Source: Candidatus Saccharimonadia bacterium (GTDB lineage: Bacteria > Patescibacteriota > Saccharimonadia > UBA4664 > SCTI01). Taken from it: DNA of 64,000 bases. Of the stretch, positions 1 through 9,658 are shown one piece after another. The notes under the pieces were generated by a model that did not search any database, was not told the origin of the DNA, and was given only the letters and a program-made list of their open reading frames with translations. The position numbers and the translations under genes were made by a program. The DNA lies in NCBI GenBank assembly GCA_046597065.1, contig JBKJLI010000003.1, positions 221,151-285,150 of the forward strand, given 5' to 3'. Each line of letters opens with the position of its first letter. Positions within the stretch are counted from its first letter, which is position 1.

Positions 1-1
1 T

Positions 2-439
2 GGGGCCGACAGCATCCAAACCATCACCCGCGAGTTTGCCGAAAAAATTAAAGGCTCAGAGATTCAACAGATTTACGGAATCAGCAATCTTGATCGTTTG
101 AATAAATACTTTCCCGATATTGTTACAAATCAAGCCAACCCTGAAAGAATCAGCGCTGGTGTTCGCAGTCTATTTTTATATACTTGCTCGGAAGGACCAG
201 TTTTGAAGCTGAGTGATGAAGTTAAAAATAGGCTGTCAATGTTTGTCCCCACCAAAGACTTCAACTTTACTTCTGATATTAGTATTGCCGGTGACTACGT
301 TGCACTTTTAGCACTTGAGGGTAGTAAGCCTAGCGGAATTACCATACGGAGCCAAAGTATCGCCGATGGTATGCGAGCGGTTTTTGATCTGGCATGGAAA
401 TCGGCGTCACAATACCCCGAGAATAAATCCCAGAATTAG
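2..439 (+). CDS. hypothetical protein, C-terminal portion; the ORF is open from the window edge, so the 5' end lies outside
   Basis: Frame 2 is open from nt 2 to the stop at 437-439 and is contiguous with the 98..439 ORF. No recognisable motif. Confidence 0.45.
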   Translation, partial: GADSIQTITREFAEKIKGSEIQQIYGISNLDRLNKYFPDIVTNQANPERISAGVRSLFLYTCSEGPVLKLSDEVKNRLSMFVPTKDFNFTSDISIAGDYVALLALEGSKPSGITIRSQSIADGMRAVFDLAWKSASQYPENKSQN

Positions 440-452
440 TGAGTTATTATAT

Positions 453-480
453 TGACATTTGGGCGGGTAATAAGTAGAAT
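453..480 (+). promoter_or_regulatory. near-consensus sigma70 promoter: TTGACA, 16-nt spacer, TAGAAT
   Basis: TTGACA at 453-458 and TAGAAT at 475-480 read directly from the sequence. No protein gene follows on the + strand. Confidence 0.5.
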
Positions 481-486
481 CTTTGT

Positions 487-1116
487 GTCTTGATGCCCGT
501 CTGGGGCTGAGAGAAGCCCCATCTGGGGGCAGATGTTTGCAGTTCATCTCAACAAGCAAAACGAGAAAGGAGTGTCATGCGATGTCCGGCCTGTAGCCAT
601 CATCGCGTTGCCTCCTAGAACGAGCTGACCTCTCGCCCTGCGGGAGTTGTCTCCGTAATAGGAGGCGACGGCAAAAAACAAGACTTCCTCTGACCAACGG
701 ATGGCCCAACGACTTGCCGTCGCCACCATCCAGGTCAGGCAGTAGGAAGAGGCTAGGATGATCGCTGGGGCACCGCCCAGTTTGCTCATCGACAAACGTC
801 CCTGGCCAAGGGATGTCGCCAGCAGTAACGGATACGGCCGGGCCTGGGGGGCCCCTAAAGCCTTTTGGCCCGGCCGATGTCTTCTAGGCGTCTTACACGC
901 CAATCGGACGATCGCTCCTGCGATCGCTCCAGCGCCTCTTCTGGCGCATCGGGCTAGCCGCCCGGAGTCGAGATTGTGAATCTTCTGCCTTGTGCCTTCG
1001 TCGGGCACCGACAGCGAGTTTTCACTGGATCAACACCAAACGCCTTCGGGCGGATCTGACTCCGGGCGGCAGCTCAAAAACAACCCCTAGCTCCCAGAGC
1101 TGGGGGCTTTTCTTTT
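487..1116 (+). ncRNA. candidate ~630-nt GC-rich structured non-coding RNA, class unknown
   Basis: The region lies between a strong promoter and an intrinsic terminator and is ~60% GC against ~49% in flanking genes. The only + ORF of 60 aa or more (758..979) shows no third-position GC enrichment. A 13-bp long-range inverted repeat pairs GCCGCCCGGAGTC (~961-973) with GACTCCGGGCGGC (~1053-1065). A CCAGGTCAGG...GGAAG string at ~735-760 partly resembles the SRP RNA domain IV motif but does not match convincingly. Confidence 0.3.
1084..1116. terminator. bidirectional intrinsic terminator
   Basis: Hairpin CCCCTAGCTCCCAGAGCTGGGGG is followed by TTTTCTTTT on the + strand and preceded by AAAAACAA, which gives a T-run on the - strand. 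It can terminate both the + RNA and the convergent - strand glycosyltransferase operon. Confidence 0.55.
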
Positions 1117-1150
1117 GCACTCATTAATATTTAAGAACATTGTTATGAAA

Positions 1151-2464
1151 TCAGGATTTGGCTTTAGGCTTGCGACCTAAACTTAAGCCACGTCGCTTGG
1201 GGAGTATAGTGGCGCGTTTACGGGCATCGATGGCATTCTGGTACAGCTTGGCTAGCTGTATGGTTTGATGGTGTTCGGAGTAGCTGGCTGCTAGCTCAAC
1301 GCTACGGACTCCCATTTTGGCGCGCAACTCATCATTTACCAGTATTTTTATTATCTTGGCCGCTAAATCTTTGGCGGTATTTTTGGCAAAGTAGCCGTTC
1401 TCGCCATCACGCAACATATCGGTAACCTCGCGATCTATCAATACCAAGGGTAATCCAGCGCAGGCGGCTTCATTGGTAGCCAAACCTTGTGTGTCGGTTC
1501 GTGATGGAAAAGCGAACACATCTGAACTACCGTACGCAGCACCAAGCTTGGAATGATCAACATAGCCGGTAAAGATCACCTTTTCGGCTACCTCAAGTTT
1601 GGCAGCCAACAGCTCTAGCTTAATGCGATGCTCATGTTGGCCAATTAGCAAAAGTTTGGTTTTAGGCTGCTTTTTTAACAGTATTTGAAATGCCAACAAT
1701 AGTAGTTCAACGTTCTTTTCGCTACCTAAGCGACCAACAAAAATGATGATTTTTTCATCAGCCTCAATGCCGTATCTAGTCTTAAATAAAGCAACCGCTC
1801 GAGTAGTAGTTGTAATTTTGTCTACACCAGTTGGCAATATGCGGATTGGTGCGGTAGTTTTCCAGCTACGCAATTGTGCTTCAATTTTACGCGATGGAGC
1901 AATCACATAATCGCAGCTGTTATGAATTTGAGTCACGCCTCTGACCACAATTTTTTGATTCCATTTATCAATGTCGCGTTCGGGTTTGATACTGCTAATA
2001 GCCGTTCGAAAGTCGGCTAAACTGCCCCGAGTAATTAATGGCCCCATTAGTGAAAGCGCAATTGTGCCGGGTAGTACCGAGGGATAATGGGACACGTACT
2101 CAAATAAATCGGTGTGATAAGTGGCAATTAGGGGTATCTTGTTGCGCAAAGCAAAGTACGCTCCCAAAAGCCCCACTTGGCTCGGTGTATGAAAATGTAT
2201 AATGTCTAGCTTGTACTTTTTGATCCGTTGCATGGCCTCTGGAGGAAAGAAAAAGCTTGTAAGATAGTCATCATAAAATAGCCCTTTAATGGCAGGGAAG
2301 CGAATGATATTTGGTGAACGCTCCTTGTAGCGCATATTAGGAGCCGGGGCAAAAACGTAGACGTTATGGCCTTGCTTTTCAAGTTGCACCCTAAAGCTCT
2401 CGATAGAAAAGGCAATACCATCAACGCTAGGCAAGTAGGTGTCGCTAAAGAGTCCGATATTCAT
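1151..2464 (-). CDS. glycosyltransferase family 4 (GT-B fold) with a basic C-terminal tail
   Basis: The N-terminal region SDTYLPSVDGIAFSIE is typical of GT4. Overall architecture matches retaining GT4 enzymes. Confidence 0.75.
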   Translation of the reverse strand: MNIGLFSDTYLPSVDGIAFSIESFRVQLEKQGHNVYVFAPAPNMRYKERSPNIIRFPAIKGLFYDDYLTSFFFPPEAMQRIKKYKLDIIHFHTPSQVGLLGAYFALRNKIPLIATYHTDLFEYVSHYPSVLPGTIALSLMGPLITRGSLADFRTAISSIKPERDIDKWNQKIVVRGVTQIHNSCDYVIAPSRKIEAQLRSWKTTAPIRILPTGVDKITTTTRAVALFKTRYGIEADEKIIIFVGRLGSEKNVELLLLAFQILLKKQPKTKLLLIGQHEHRIKLELLAAKLEVAEKVIFTGYVDHSKLGAAYGSSDVFAFPSRTDTQGLATNEAACAGLPLVLIDREVTDMLRDGENGYFAKNTAKDLAAKIIKILVNDELRAKMGVRSVELAASYSEHHQTIQLAKLYQNAIDARKRATILPKRRGLSLGRKPKAKS

Positions 2465-2473
2465 GATTACTCC

Positions 2474-3490
2474 TTAAAGTAGGGAACGGTAGAGTTTAAT
2501 AAAATGATTTGCCGCCACCTTGTTATCAAAGCGGGCCGCCACCTTCTTAGAGCCAGCAATGGCTGTAGCGCGGAAATTAGAGTCGGTCTGCAGGCGCTCA
2601 AGTAGCTTGGAAAAAGTACTATCATCTCCGCGAATCAAGTCGTCGCCGAATGAGGAGTCGTACTCATGAATATCACGGATGATGATTGGCAGGCCGGCCG
2701 CCGCCGCCTCTATCACCGCCAAGGGGTGATTTTCTTGGTTTGATGGCAGAATAAAGGCGTCGGCTGCCTGGTAATAGGGCTTGACCGCCTCTAGCTCAAT
2801 TACTCCGGTGACAGTTAGGTTGGAGGGCGCAGATTTCATCAGTGCTTCCATTTTATGATGTTCGGCACCAAGGCCCTTAAAGGGGATGCCACCCACCCAT
2901 ATAAACTGCATTTTGGGGTGAGCCTTGGCCAAATCAACGAACACGTCGAAGCGCTTACGAGGTTGCACTTGGCCGGAACAAACCACCACAAATTTAGCTT
3001 CTTCTATGCCGATCTTGGCTCGAGCTGCCTGGTGATCAGCCGAGGTAGTGGCGTACTCCTTCGAATCGACCGTATTAAAGATGATCTCAACCGGCTTTTT
3101 GATCCTGAGTTGAGTCACTAGCGTGTCGCGGACCTCGCCACTAACCGCTACTAAGGCGTCTGCCCGGTTATAAAAGAAGCGTAAGTACCATTTGGCTAGG
3201 CCGTACCAATACTTTGCGCCTACCAGTGATCCTATAAAGGAGTCAGGAACTATGTGTACTGAGATGATTTTACGGCTACGACCCCAAAGCAGCGCCGCCA
3301 AGCTGTACAGGCCGACCGTATGCACATGGGTAATATCGGCCTTGCGAAAGTTATTAACTTTTACATCGGTGTCGCTTCGGGCGCTTAGGCCATCTACCAT
3401 CTCTTTAAAGGCGGTGTGTACACCATGACCCCGGACGGTAAAGGTAGTCTCCGAAATTATGTTGATGATTAGTTTTGGTGTTGTTGCCAT
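2474..3490 (-). CDS. glycosyltransferase family 4
   Basis: Carries EAAAAGLPII and a GT4-like C-terminal domain. The ORF track starts at GTG 3496; ATG 3488-3490 is the likelier start. It overlaps the upstream galE stop by ~20 nt, consistent with one operon. Confidence 0.75.
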   Translation of the reverse strand: MATTPKLIINIISETTFTVRGHGVHTAFKEMVDGLSARSDTDVKVNNFRKADITHVHTVGLYSLAALLWGRSRKIISVHIVPDSFIGSLVGAKYWYGLAKWYLRFFYNRADALVAVSGEVRDTLVTQLRIKKPVEIIFNTVDSKEYATTSADHQAARAKIGIEEAKFVVVCSGQVQPRKRFDVFVDLAKAHPKMQFIWVGGIPFKGLGAEHHKMEALMKSAPSNLTVTGVIELEAVKPYYQAADAFILPSNQENHPLAVIEAAAAGLPIIIRDIHEYDSSFGDDLIRGDDSTFSKLLERLQTDSNFRATAIAGSKKVAARFDNKVAANHFIKLYRSLL

Positions 3491-4416
3491 TGCCACGCGT
3501 CCTCAACGATATCTTTAAGTGATTTTTGGGGCTGCCAATTTAGCAGTTCATTTGCCAAGTCGATACTGGCCAGTAGTCTAGCCGGATCGCCAGAACGACG
3601 TGGTGCCACTTGGCGTTTAAGCTTGCGTCCACTGGCGTTATCAATCGCATCAAGCACCTCTTTAACCGAAGCGCCATGGCTGGTGCCAAGGTTTATCGCG
3701 CGATTAACTGGCCGCTTGATTAGTTCGGTCGCTGCCAGTATATGCGCCCGGGCCAGATCATCAACATGCACATAGTCGCGAATACAGCTGCCATCGGGTG
3801 TCGGGTAGTCGTCGCCAAACAGCTTCACCGGCTTTGCCGCTTTAAGTGCTGCAAATGCGGCTGGAATGATGTGGTCTGGCGTATGATCACCAATCTTGTC
3901 ATGGGCACCGGCAGCGTTGAAGTAGCGTAGCGCTATCCAGCGAAGCCCATGAGTGGCCTGGTAGCTGGCTAACAACTGCTCGACCATTAGCTTTGTCCAT
4001 CCATAGGGGCTGGTGGGGTGAGTGGCCGCCGATTCTTTTATTGGTATGGCATCGGGCTCGCCATACACCGCCGCTGATGACGAAAAGATAATCGGTAGCT
4101 TATGCGATGCTGATGCTTCGATGACATTAAGGCTACCCAGCACGTTAACCCGGTAGTACACGTGCGGCTGCTTGGTTGATTCGCCAACTAATAGCTTGCC
4201 GGCAAAGTGCATCACGGCGTCGTATCCTTGCCCCAAAGCGGCCTCAACTGCCGCGTTGTCGCAGATGTCGCCCTTTATAAGTTTTAAGTCACCAACATTT
4301 TTATGAGTGCTGGTAGACAGGTTATCAAAAACTGTCACTTCATGGCCGGCGGCTGCAAGCAGCTGGGCCGTGGTACCGCCAATAAATCCGGCTCCACCAA
4401 AAACAAGTAGTTTCAT
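3469..4416 (-). CDS. galE: UDP-glucose 4-epimerase / NAD-dependent epimerase-dehydratase
   Basis: N-terminal MKLLVFGGAGFIGG Rossmann motif, an SSSAAVYG-type segment and a YxxxK catalytic context. The start is placed at the internal ATG (4416), not the longer ORF that would overlap the divergent transporter gene. Confidence 0.8.
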   Translation of the reverse strand: MKLLVFGGAGFIGGTTAQLLAAAGHEVTVFDNLSTSTHKNVGDLKLIKGDICDNAAVEAALGQGYDAVMHFAGKLLVGESTKQPHVYYRVNVLGSLNVIEASASHKLPIIFSSSAAVYGEPDAIPIKESAATHPTSPYGWTKLMVEQLLASYQATHGLRWIALRYFNAAGAHDKIGDHTPDHIIPAAFAALKAAKPVKLFGDDYPTPDGSCIRDYVHVDDLARAHILAATELIKRPVNRAINLGTSHGASVKEVLDAIDNASGRKLKRQVAPRRSGDPARLLASIDLANELLNWQPQKSLKDIVEDAWQWQQHQN

Positions 4417-4461
4417 TAAGCATAAGTATAGCAACAATCTCGGTAGGCTATAATAGTCGAG

Positions 4462-5724
4462 ATGGAGTATCTCGCAACCGTTCGCCAAATTAACTTTGCC
4501 CGTTTGTGGGGTGCGCAGGTGTTGTCGCAGGTGGCAGCCAACCTATTAAACTTTGCTCTTATCATCTTGGTCTATAACCTAACTTTAGGGTCGCGTTATG
4601 CTAGTTTCTCGGTTAGTTTATTGGTATTATCGTTTGCGATTCCATCGATTTTTGCTGCCCCGGTGGCCGGGACTTACGTTGATTATTGGGATCGAAAAAA
4701 GGTATTAATCATCGCCAACCTGTTGCGAGGAGTACTGGTGCTGCTATACGTACCGGCTCGGGGTAACATCATCGCAATCTTGGCTTTAACTTTTGTGATT
4801 GCCACTATTACCCAGTTTTTTCTGCCGGCTGAAGCCGCTACTATTCCTAAAGTCGTTCCCAAGGACTATTTGGTGCAGGCCAATTCGTTGTTTGTCTTTA
4901 CCATGTATGCGGCCTTTCTAGTAGGCTACTCGGCTTCGGGGCCGGTAGTGCAGCAGTTTGGCAAGGAGGGTCCATACTACTTAACTGCCGCCATGTTCTT
5001 AATCTCGGCTCTGCTCGTTGTAATGTTGCCACCCCAGGAACAGCCACGTAAAAAAGGCGATAAACTACCTAAACTGCACCTTATTAACCACATAAAAGAT
5101 AATTGGGCGATCGTTAGTGGCCACCCCGGTCGCTTTTTTGCATTAATCCATCTGGCAATTATTCAGGGCATTATCTTTATTTTAATCACTTTAGCGCCTG
5201 CGCTGTCTGAATCGTTGTTAAAAACGCCTTTGCAGCAGGCCAGCCACGTACTAATAATCCCAGTTGGTATCGGTATGGTGCTGGGCGTATTACTGGTAGG
5301 TAATCTCACTCGGCGCTACTCCAAACGCCAAATTATTGAAACCTGCCTGGTAATTGCTGGTGCCGCGTTAATGGCACTGGGCATTAGCAGCTGGTTTTAC
5401 AGCATTAGTTCTGGTCACACCGCACTTGCCAACATTGGCCTAATTACCGGCACAATCATGATGCTGCTAGGAATAATTAATGCACTTGTTAGTACTGCCG
5501 CCCAAACCATGCTTCAAGAAACTACTGATAACTCGCAACAAGGTAAGGTGTTTAGCTCACTTCAAATGCTGATTAACATTGCTTCAACCATCCCAGTGTT
5601 GTTTACCGGCATCTTGGCCGACCTACTTAACGTCAACACCGTTATCGCTATCATTGGCTTTACGCTGCTTGGGTATGGCATATACATGCTGTGGCGATCG
5701 GCCGCCCCCAAGCACATCGCTTAG
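4462..5724 (+). CDS. MFS-type transporter, about 12 predicted TM helices
   Basis: Hydrophobic helices throughout the protein and an N-terminal MFS-like signature. Confidence 0.7.
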   Translation: MEYLATVRQINFARLWGAQVLSQVAANLLNFALIILVYNLTLGSRYASFSVSLLVLSFAIPSIFAAPVAGTYVDYWDRKKVLIIANLLRGVLVLLYVPARGNIIAILALTFVIATITQFFLPAEAATIPKVVPKDYLVQANSLFVFTMYAAFLVGYSASGPVVQQFGKEGPYYLTAAMFLISALLVVMLPPQEQPRKKGDKLPKLHLINHIKDNWAIVSGHPGRFFALIHLAIIQGIIFILITLAPALSESLLKTPLQQASHVLIIPVGIGMVLGVLLVGNLTRRYSKRQIIETCLVIAGAALMALGISSWFYSISSGHTALANIGLITGTIMMLLGIINALVSTAAQTMLQETTDNSQQGKVFSSLQMLINIASTIPVLFTGILADLLNVNTVIAIIGFTLLGYGIYMLWRSAAPKHIA

Positions 5725-5766
5725 AGCTTTATGTTTGGTAGTCCAACGGGTATAATACCGTGCTAT

Positions 5767-6145
5767 GGGGCTGACTAGCTTCGACGAAAGATCCTTCACA
5801 GTCTACTTTGCAAGTCGCAGGTATGCGTTAAATCCAACCTATAACAATTGGCAACTCCATTGTTTCGCGTTTAAAGGCCGCTTTTAGCGTTCCTTCATTC
5901 GCACCAGCTTACGCTTAATTGTGTTCGCCATCGGTTCCTGACTCCAGATAGGGGATAATCGGTGTCAAATCTCTGGCCGCCCATTTGCGTGGTGCCTAAC
6001 GCGCAGATGTTAAGACTACCTGGTTGCGGTAGCGGCTACTTCAGTCCGCTTTAAGGCAGCTGCCTAAGATTTTAAGTGGTCTAAGCTTGTAGACGAGTAG
6101 ACAGTGAACTTTCGGACCGGGGTGCAAATCCCCGCAGCTCCACCA
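5767..6145 (+). ncRNA. ssrA: tmRNA (SsrA)
   Basis: The 5' end GGGGCTGACTAGCTTCGACG matches the canonical tmRNA start GGGGCUGAUUCUGGAUUCGACGGG. The 3' end GGACCGGGGTGCAAATCCCCGCAGCTCCACCA is a tRNA-like T-arm with acceptor and encoded CCA; the G3:U70 Ala identity pair is present. A TATAAT -10 lies at ~5751. One possible tag frame ends ...APAYA at the TAA at 5926-5928; this is uncertain. Confidence 0.8.
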
Positions 6146-6148
6146 AAA

Positions 6149-6178
6149 GTGCGCCAGCCAAAGCTGGTGCTTTTTTTG
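6149..6178 (+). terminator. intrinsic terminator of ssrA
   Basis: Hairpin GCGCCAGC-CAAA-GCTGGTGC followed by TTTTTTT. Confidence 0.6.
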
Positions 6179-6269
6179 TGATATTATTTTTGCTAACGGC
6201 GGAGGTGACTTCGCCATCCTTGTACCTCAAAACCGAAAGATTTCTTATGACATCGATGGAGGAGAGATA

Positions 6270-6539
6270 ATGGCTGAAGCAACCAGAGGCATTACTTACG
6301 TTCAGGCCTGTCTGCTAAATGACATCAAGAAGCTTGAGGGGCCTACGGTTCAGCAGCTTCGCGATTTCATGGAACAAGGAGCTGCCTACGAGAGCTTCAA
6401 GGCCACTATCGGGTCCTACAAACAGCGCGTCAAGCGCATGAAGGACTATGGTTACGTCGTAGAGGGTGAGGGTGGCGGGCTGTGGCTGACCAACGCGGGC
6501 GAGAAAGCACTTGATCACGCCAATAGTCGCCGCCGCTAG
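6270..6539 (+). CDS. hypothetical small protein in a GC-rich patch
   Basis: An 89-aa ORF with local GC near 57%, higher than neighbouring genes. Followed by tandem hairpins. Confidence 0.4.
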   Translation: MAEATRGITYVQACLLNDIKKLEGPTVQQLRDFMEQGAAYESFKATIGSYKQRVKRMKDYGYVVEGEGGGLWLTNAGEKALDHANSRRR

Positions 6540-6576
6540 CTACGTGTGGGGCGGGTCAGTGAAGACCTCGCCCCAA

Positions 6577-6612
6577 AGCTGAGTTACGTTATGTAGCTCA
6601 GCTTATTTTTTG
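6577..6612 (+). terminator. intrinsic terminator
   Basis: Hairpin AGCTGAGTTACGTTATGTAGCTCAGCT followed by TATTTTTT. It is preceded by a second GC hairpin, GGGGCGGGTCAGTGAAGACCTCGCCCC. Confidence 0.5.
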
Positions 6613-6750
6613 GTTTAAAAAATAAGCGCACATTACTGTTGAAATCTGAGGAAACAAAAACCCTAAGTTTAATTCACATCTCGACTTACAGGTTGAAATA
6701 TGTCATAATCTGCCCCAAGCCGCATTCTGTTTTTCGATGAAAGGCACGAA

Positions 6751-7380
6751 ATGAGTTCATTACATGCTGAAACTGCACCCGCGTTGTATGTTCGCGGACC
6801 AGCCCTGGCATCTGTCGTAAGGGCGATCCTGCCTGCGTCCCTGGATGCTGGCGTAGGGACCTGGCGACCCGACACCGCTGGCAGTACGCTGGCCTTCATG
6901 GTTGGCCGCGATGTACGCCAAATGTTGCCATGGTCGCTGATGAGGGGCGTTTACGATCAGTGCGAACTGACTGTTAACGGTTGGCGAGCCGATGATAGCA
7001 GCGATGGAGTCAGATTGTGTACACGTGTGTTGAAGTCAACTGGCTCCTGCATCGAGGGCCCGTCAACTTGGCTCGATAGCTTTGAAGCCATCAGACTGCC
7101 CCATGACGCCGATGAAGTTTGGCGGCGTTCTTTTGAGTTCGATGAGCTCATTGGTGCTGTTAACAGGGTCCCGGAGGTAAATAAACTTCGGGCAAGATTG
7201 CGCGGGGGTAGGCCAAAGTTCGGCTTTGATCCACTCGGAATCGAGCGCAACCCAGGCAGAGCCGAAGTGCGGATTTTGGCTCGCGCCGATGACGGCAAGT
7301 TCGCTCTGCTCATGATGCTGTTTTCAAACTCACTCATTCGGGTGCATTGGCTTAACCCGATCGATACAAAGACGCGATGA
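6751..7380 (+). CDS. hypothetical protein in a GC-rich patch
   Basis: A 209-aa ORF at ~57% GC. A TGTCATAAT extended -10-like element lies ~45 nt upstream. No recognised motif. Confidence 0.4.
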   Translation: MSSLHAETAPALYVRGPALASVVRAILPASLDAGVGTWRPDTAGSTLAFMVGRDVRQMLPWSLMRGVYDQCELTVNGWRADDSSDGVRLCTRVLKSTGSCIEGPSTWLDSFEAIRLPHDADEVWRRSFEFDELIGAVNRVPEVNKLRARLRGGRPKFGFDPLGIERNPGRAEVRILARADDGKFALLMMLFSNSLIRVHWLNPIDTKTR

Positions 7381-7393
7381 TGCTTGTCATCAG

Positions 7394-8074
7394 TTGAGCT
7401 CGTTCCACTGGCGTCGACCTTCTTACCGGGGTCGGCGCCTTTTCATTTATTATCATCAGAGCGCTATAATTACAGCTATAACCGCGGAGCAAAAAGTGAA
7501 AATACAGGACACATGGCTCGAAGCCCAACGATCGCTCAATGCCGTAATTAATCAGATTAAAGCTGATCAATGGAGTATGTCGGTCCCTAAAGATATGGTA
7601 CGAAGCGATACATCTACTCTGCGTGAGCTCATAAACTACCATAGCTTTGATGACGCTTGGGTCCCGGATATTCTTGCAGGCAAAACTAAGGATGAGGTAG
7701 GTACAATCTACGACGGTGACTTGCTAAAGGACAACCCGATTCTAAATTACAACAAATACTGCGACCTTGCGGCTACGGCGGTAAGCAATTTTGTAGATCT
7801 AAAGCAATTAGTGCATCTGTCATATGGTGACTGGCCGGCCGATGACTACCTACAACATACAGCTTCGTTTAGGGGCTTTCGTAGCTGGGACATAGCCCGG
7901 TTGATTGGCGCCGACACCACAATGTCGCCAAAACTGATTGACGGCTTAAAAGAGTTTATTATTCCCAATGTTGAGGCTTGGCGCAAAATGGGAGTGTTCG
8001 GACCAGAGATTGAAGTGCCCAATGATGTAGATGAGCAAACCAAGTTTCTGGCCCTAATCGGGCGAAAAGTTTAA
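7394..8074 (+). CDS. hypothetical protein, possibly a DinB_2-like fold (low confidence); the start is uncertain
   Basis: An ORF of native GC. It may start at the internal GTG or ATG (~7496 or 7583). There is no catalytic motif I can name. Confidence 0.4.
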   Translation: MSSFHWRRPSYRGRRLFIYYHQSAIITAITAEQKVKIQDTWLEAQRSLNAVINQIKADQWSMSVPKDMVRSDTSTLRELINYHSFDDAWVPDILAGKTKDEVGTIYDGDLLKDNPILNYNKYCDLAATAVSNFVDLKQLVHLSYGDWPADDYLQHTASFRGFRSWDIARLIGADTTMSPKLIDGLKEFIIPNVEAWRKMGVFGPEIEVPNDVDEQTKFLALIGRKV

Positions 8075-9567
8075 GGCGTAACCGTTAGAGTCTGAGTACT
8101 TGTGGCCACAGTTTGGCCGTATGCACTTAACGTAGCTTTAATTTGCCAACTACCCGGAATTAGCCCAAGGGTGGCAGCGTTCCAGTTAAACTCAGCACCC
8201 CCATAGCTGTCAAAAGCCTTGGTTCCTAGATCGATTACTTGGTTATTGGGTCCGATTATACTGATATTACAACTGCCACCATTAAAAGCCGAGCAGGTGG
8301 TATCCATCAGAGGGCCACCAGCTAAGCCGGTTGATGACAGGCTGAGGCTTTGTCTGCTAAGTAGTTGCCCGTATGGCTGACTATAAGTAACCGCTAACAT
8401 CGCCGAGTTTGCCGTAATCCGGCCAAAACCAGCAGTTAAGGTACTGCTTTGACCATTCATTGAGGCAATTTTGGCAGCGCTATTTTTAAGCACTGCTTCA
8501 ACTGAACTCTGATTTAACCCAGAATTTTGTTGTAAAATAAGCGCCACCAATCCGGCCGCTATCGGAGCCGAAAACGAGGTACCGGAGTAGCTACAGCTGT
8601 AAGCATTGGTTGAGTTAGTGGGAGTGTAAAAACTGCTGCAGACATCACCAGCAGTTCCGGGTGCCAAGAAGTCTAAATTGCTACCGTAGCTAGAAAAGCT
8701 AGCAATTGCATCAGTTGCGGTACTGGCACCCACCGCAATTACTTCGGGGTAAGCAGCTGGATAAGACAAGCAGTCGCAGCCATCATTACCAGCGGCCGCA
8801 ACCACCACCGAACCATGGCTAATGGCATAATTAATTTGTTGATGTAGATATGGATCATCCTGGCTGCTGCCCAGGCTAAGGCTGATTACCTTTGCGCCTG
8901 AATCTGCGGCATAACGTACGGCTGCTGCAACGGCGTCGGTAAAACCAGTGCCGTTGTCATCTAGTGCTTGGATTGGCAGCAGTGTTGAGTTGGGATTGAT
9001 GGCTCCGGCCAACCCAGCTGTCATGGTGCCATGGTACGCGCCGGAGCCATTAGGGTTACTTGTGCCGGTGCTAGGGTCGGAGTCATTGTTTACAAAGTCA
9101 TAACCTAGCCATCCAACTCCACCGGGTGTAGCCTGCCAGCGGTTAATTAAGGCTTCGTGATGCAAGGCAAAGCCGCTATCGATAACTGCGATTAATGGCC
9201 CAGTGTTGCTGCTAGTCAGCTTGGTTAGGCCGGATCCGGCCGTAATTCGCTGTAAGAATGGCTGGTTTTGGCTTAATCCAGCCACGCTTGGGGTAGTTAA
9301 GGCATGGTACTCAATTTGGGGGTGAGGATAGATCGGTAGGGTTGTTTTTACCGGATTTCCAGCCGGAAGGCTTGGACTATCTGTCGAAACCACAGTATTA
9401 GCTTGATCTAAACCGTCCGCCTTTACAACCTGTGATGGGGTAGGCGATGGGGAAGGCAACATAGCGGTACTGCCAAAATACGATTTAATCATCGACCCAA
9501 AAATAATAATGGCCGCAAGCAAGATAGCTTGGGCGAACAACAGTGGATAATTGAGTTTTAGGGTCAT
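8071..9567 (-). CDS. secreted subtilisin-like serine protease (peptidase S8)
   Basis: Catalytic-triad contexts are present: AVIDSGF (Asp), HGTMTAGLAG (His), GTSFSAPIAAG (Ser). There is an N-terminal signal peptide or TM segment. Confidence 0.85.
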   Translation of the reverse strand: MTLKLNYPLLFAQAILLAAIIIFGSMIKSYFGSTAMLPSPSPTPSQVVKADGLDQANTVVSTDSPSLPAGNPVKTTLPIYPHPQIEYHALTTPSVAGLSQNQPFLQRITAGSGLTKLTSSNTGPLIAVIDSGFALHHEALINRWQATPGGVGWLGYDFVNNDSDPSTGTSNPNGSGAYHGTMTAGLAGAINPNSTLLPIQALDDNGTGFTDAVAAAVRYAADSGAKVISLSLGSSQDDPYLHQQINYAISHGSVVVAAAGNDGCDCLSYPAAYPEVIAVGASTATDAIASFSSYGSNLDFLAPGTAGDVCSSFYTPTNSTNAYSCSYSGTSFSAPIAAGLVALILQQNSGLNQSSVEAVLKNSAAKIASMNGQSSTLTAGFGRITANSAMLAVTYSQPYGQLLSRQSLSLSSTGLAGGPLMDTTCSAFNGGSCNISIIGPNNQVIDLGTKAFDSYGGAEFNWNAATLGLIPGSWQIKATLSAYGQTVATSTQTLTVTP

Positions 9568-9658
9568 ATTTGGACCATTTTTGGTTTTTGCTTATGTTTA
9601 ATTTTAGTGTTCAGTCATCAAAAAAGCAATCCTAAACCAAGCTGTTACAATATTAAGC

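Noticed and set aside
544-1008. A 154-aa - strand ORF and a 73-aa + strand ORF inside the GC-rich 487-1116 locus
   Set aside because: The translations are Arg/Ala/Gly-rich junk typical of GC-rich non-coding DNA. There is no third-position GC enrichment, no RBS for the long ORF, and the locus is bracketed by a + strand promoter and terminator. It is better explained as ncRNA.
7352-7642. A - strand 96-aa ORF overlapping the start of the 7394 gene
   Set aside because: No expression signals. It overlaps the better-supported + strand ORF and was treated as a shadow ORF.
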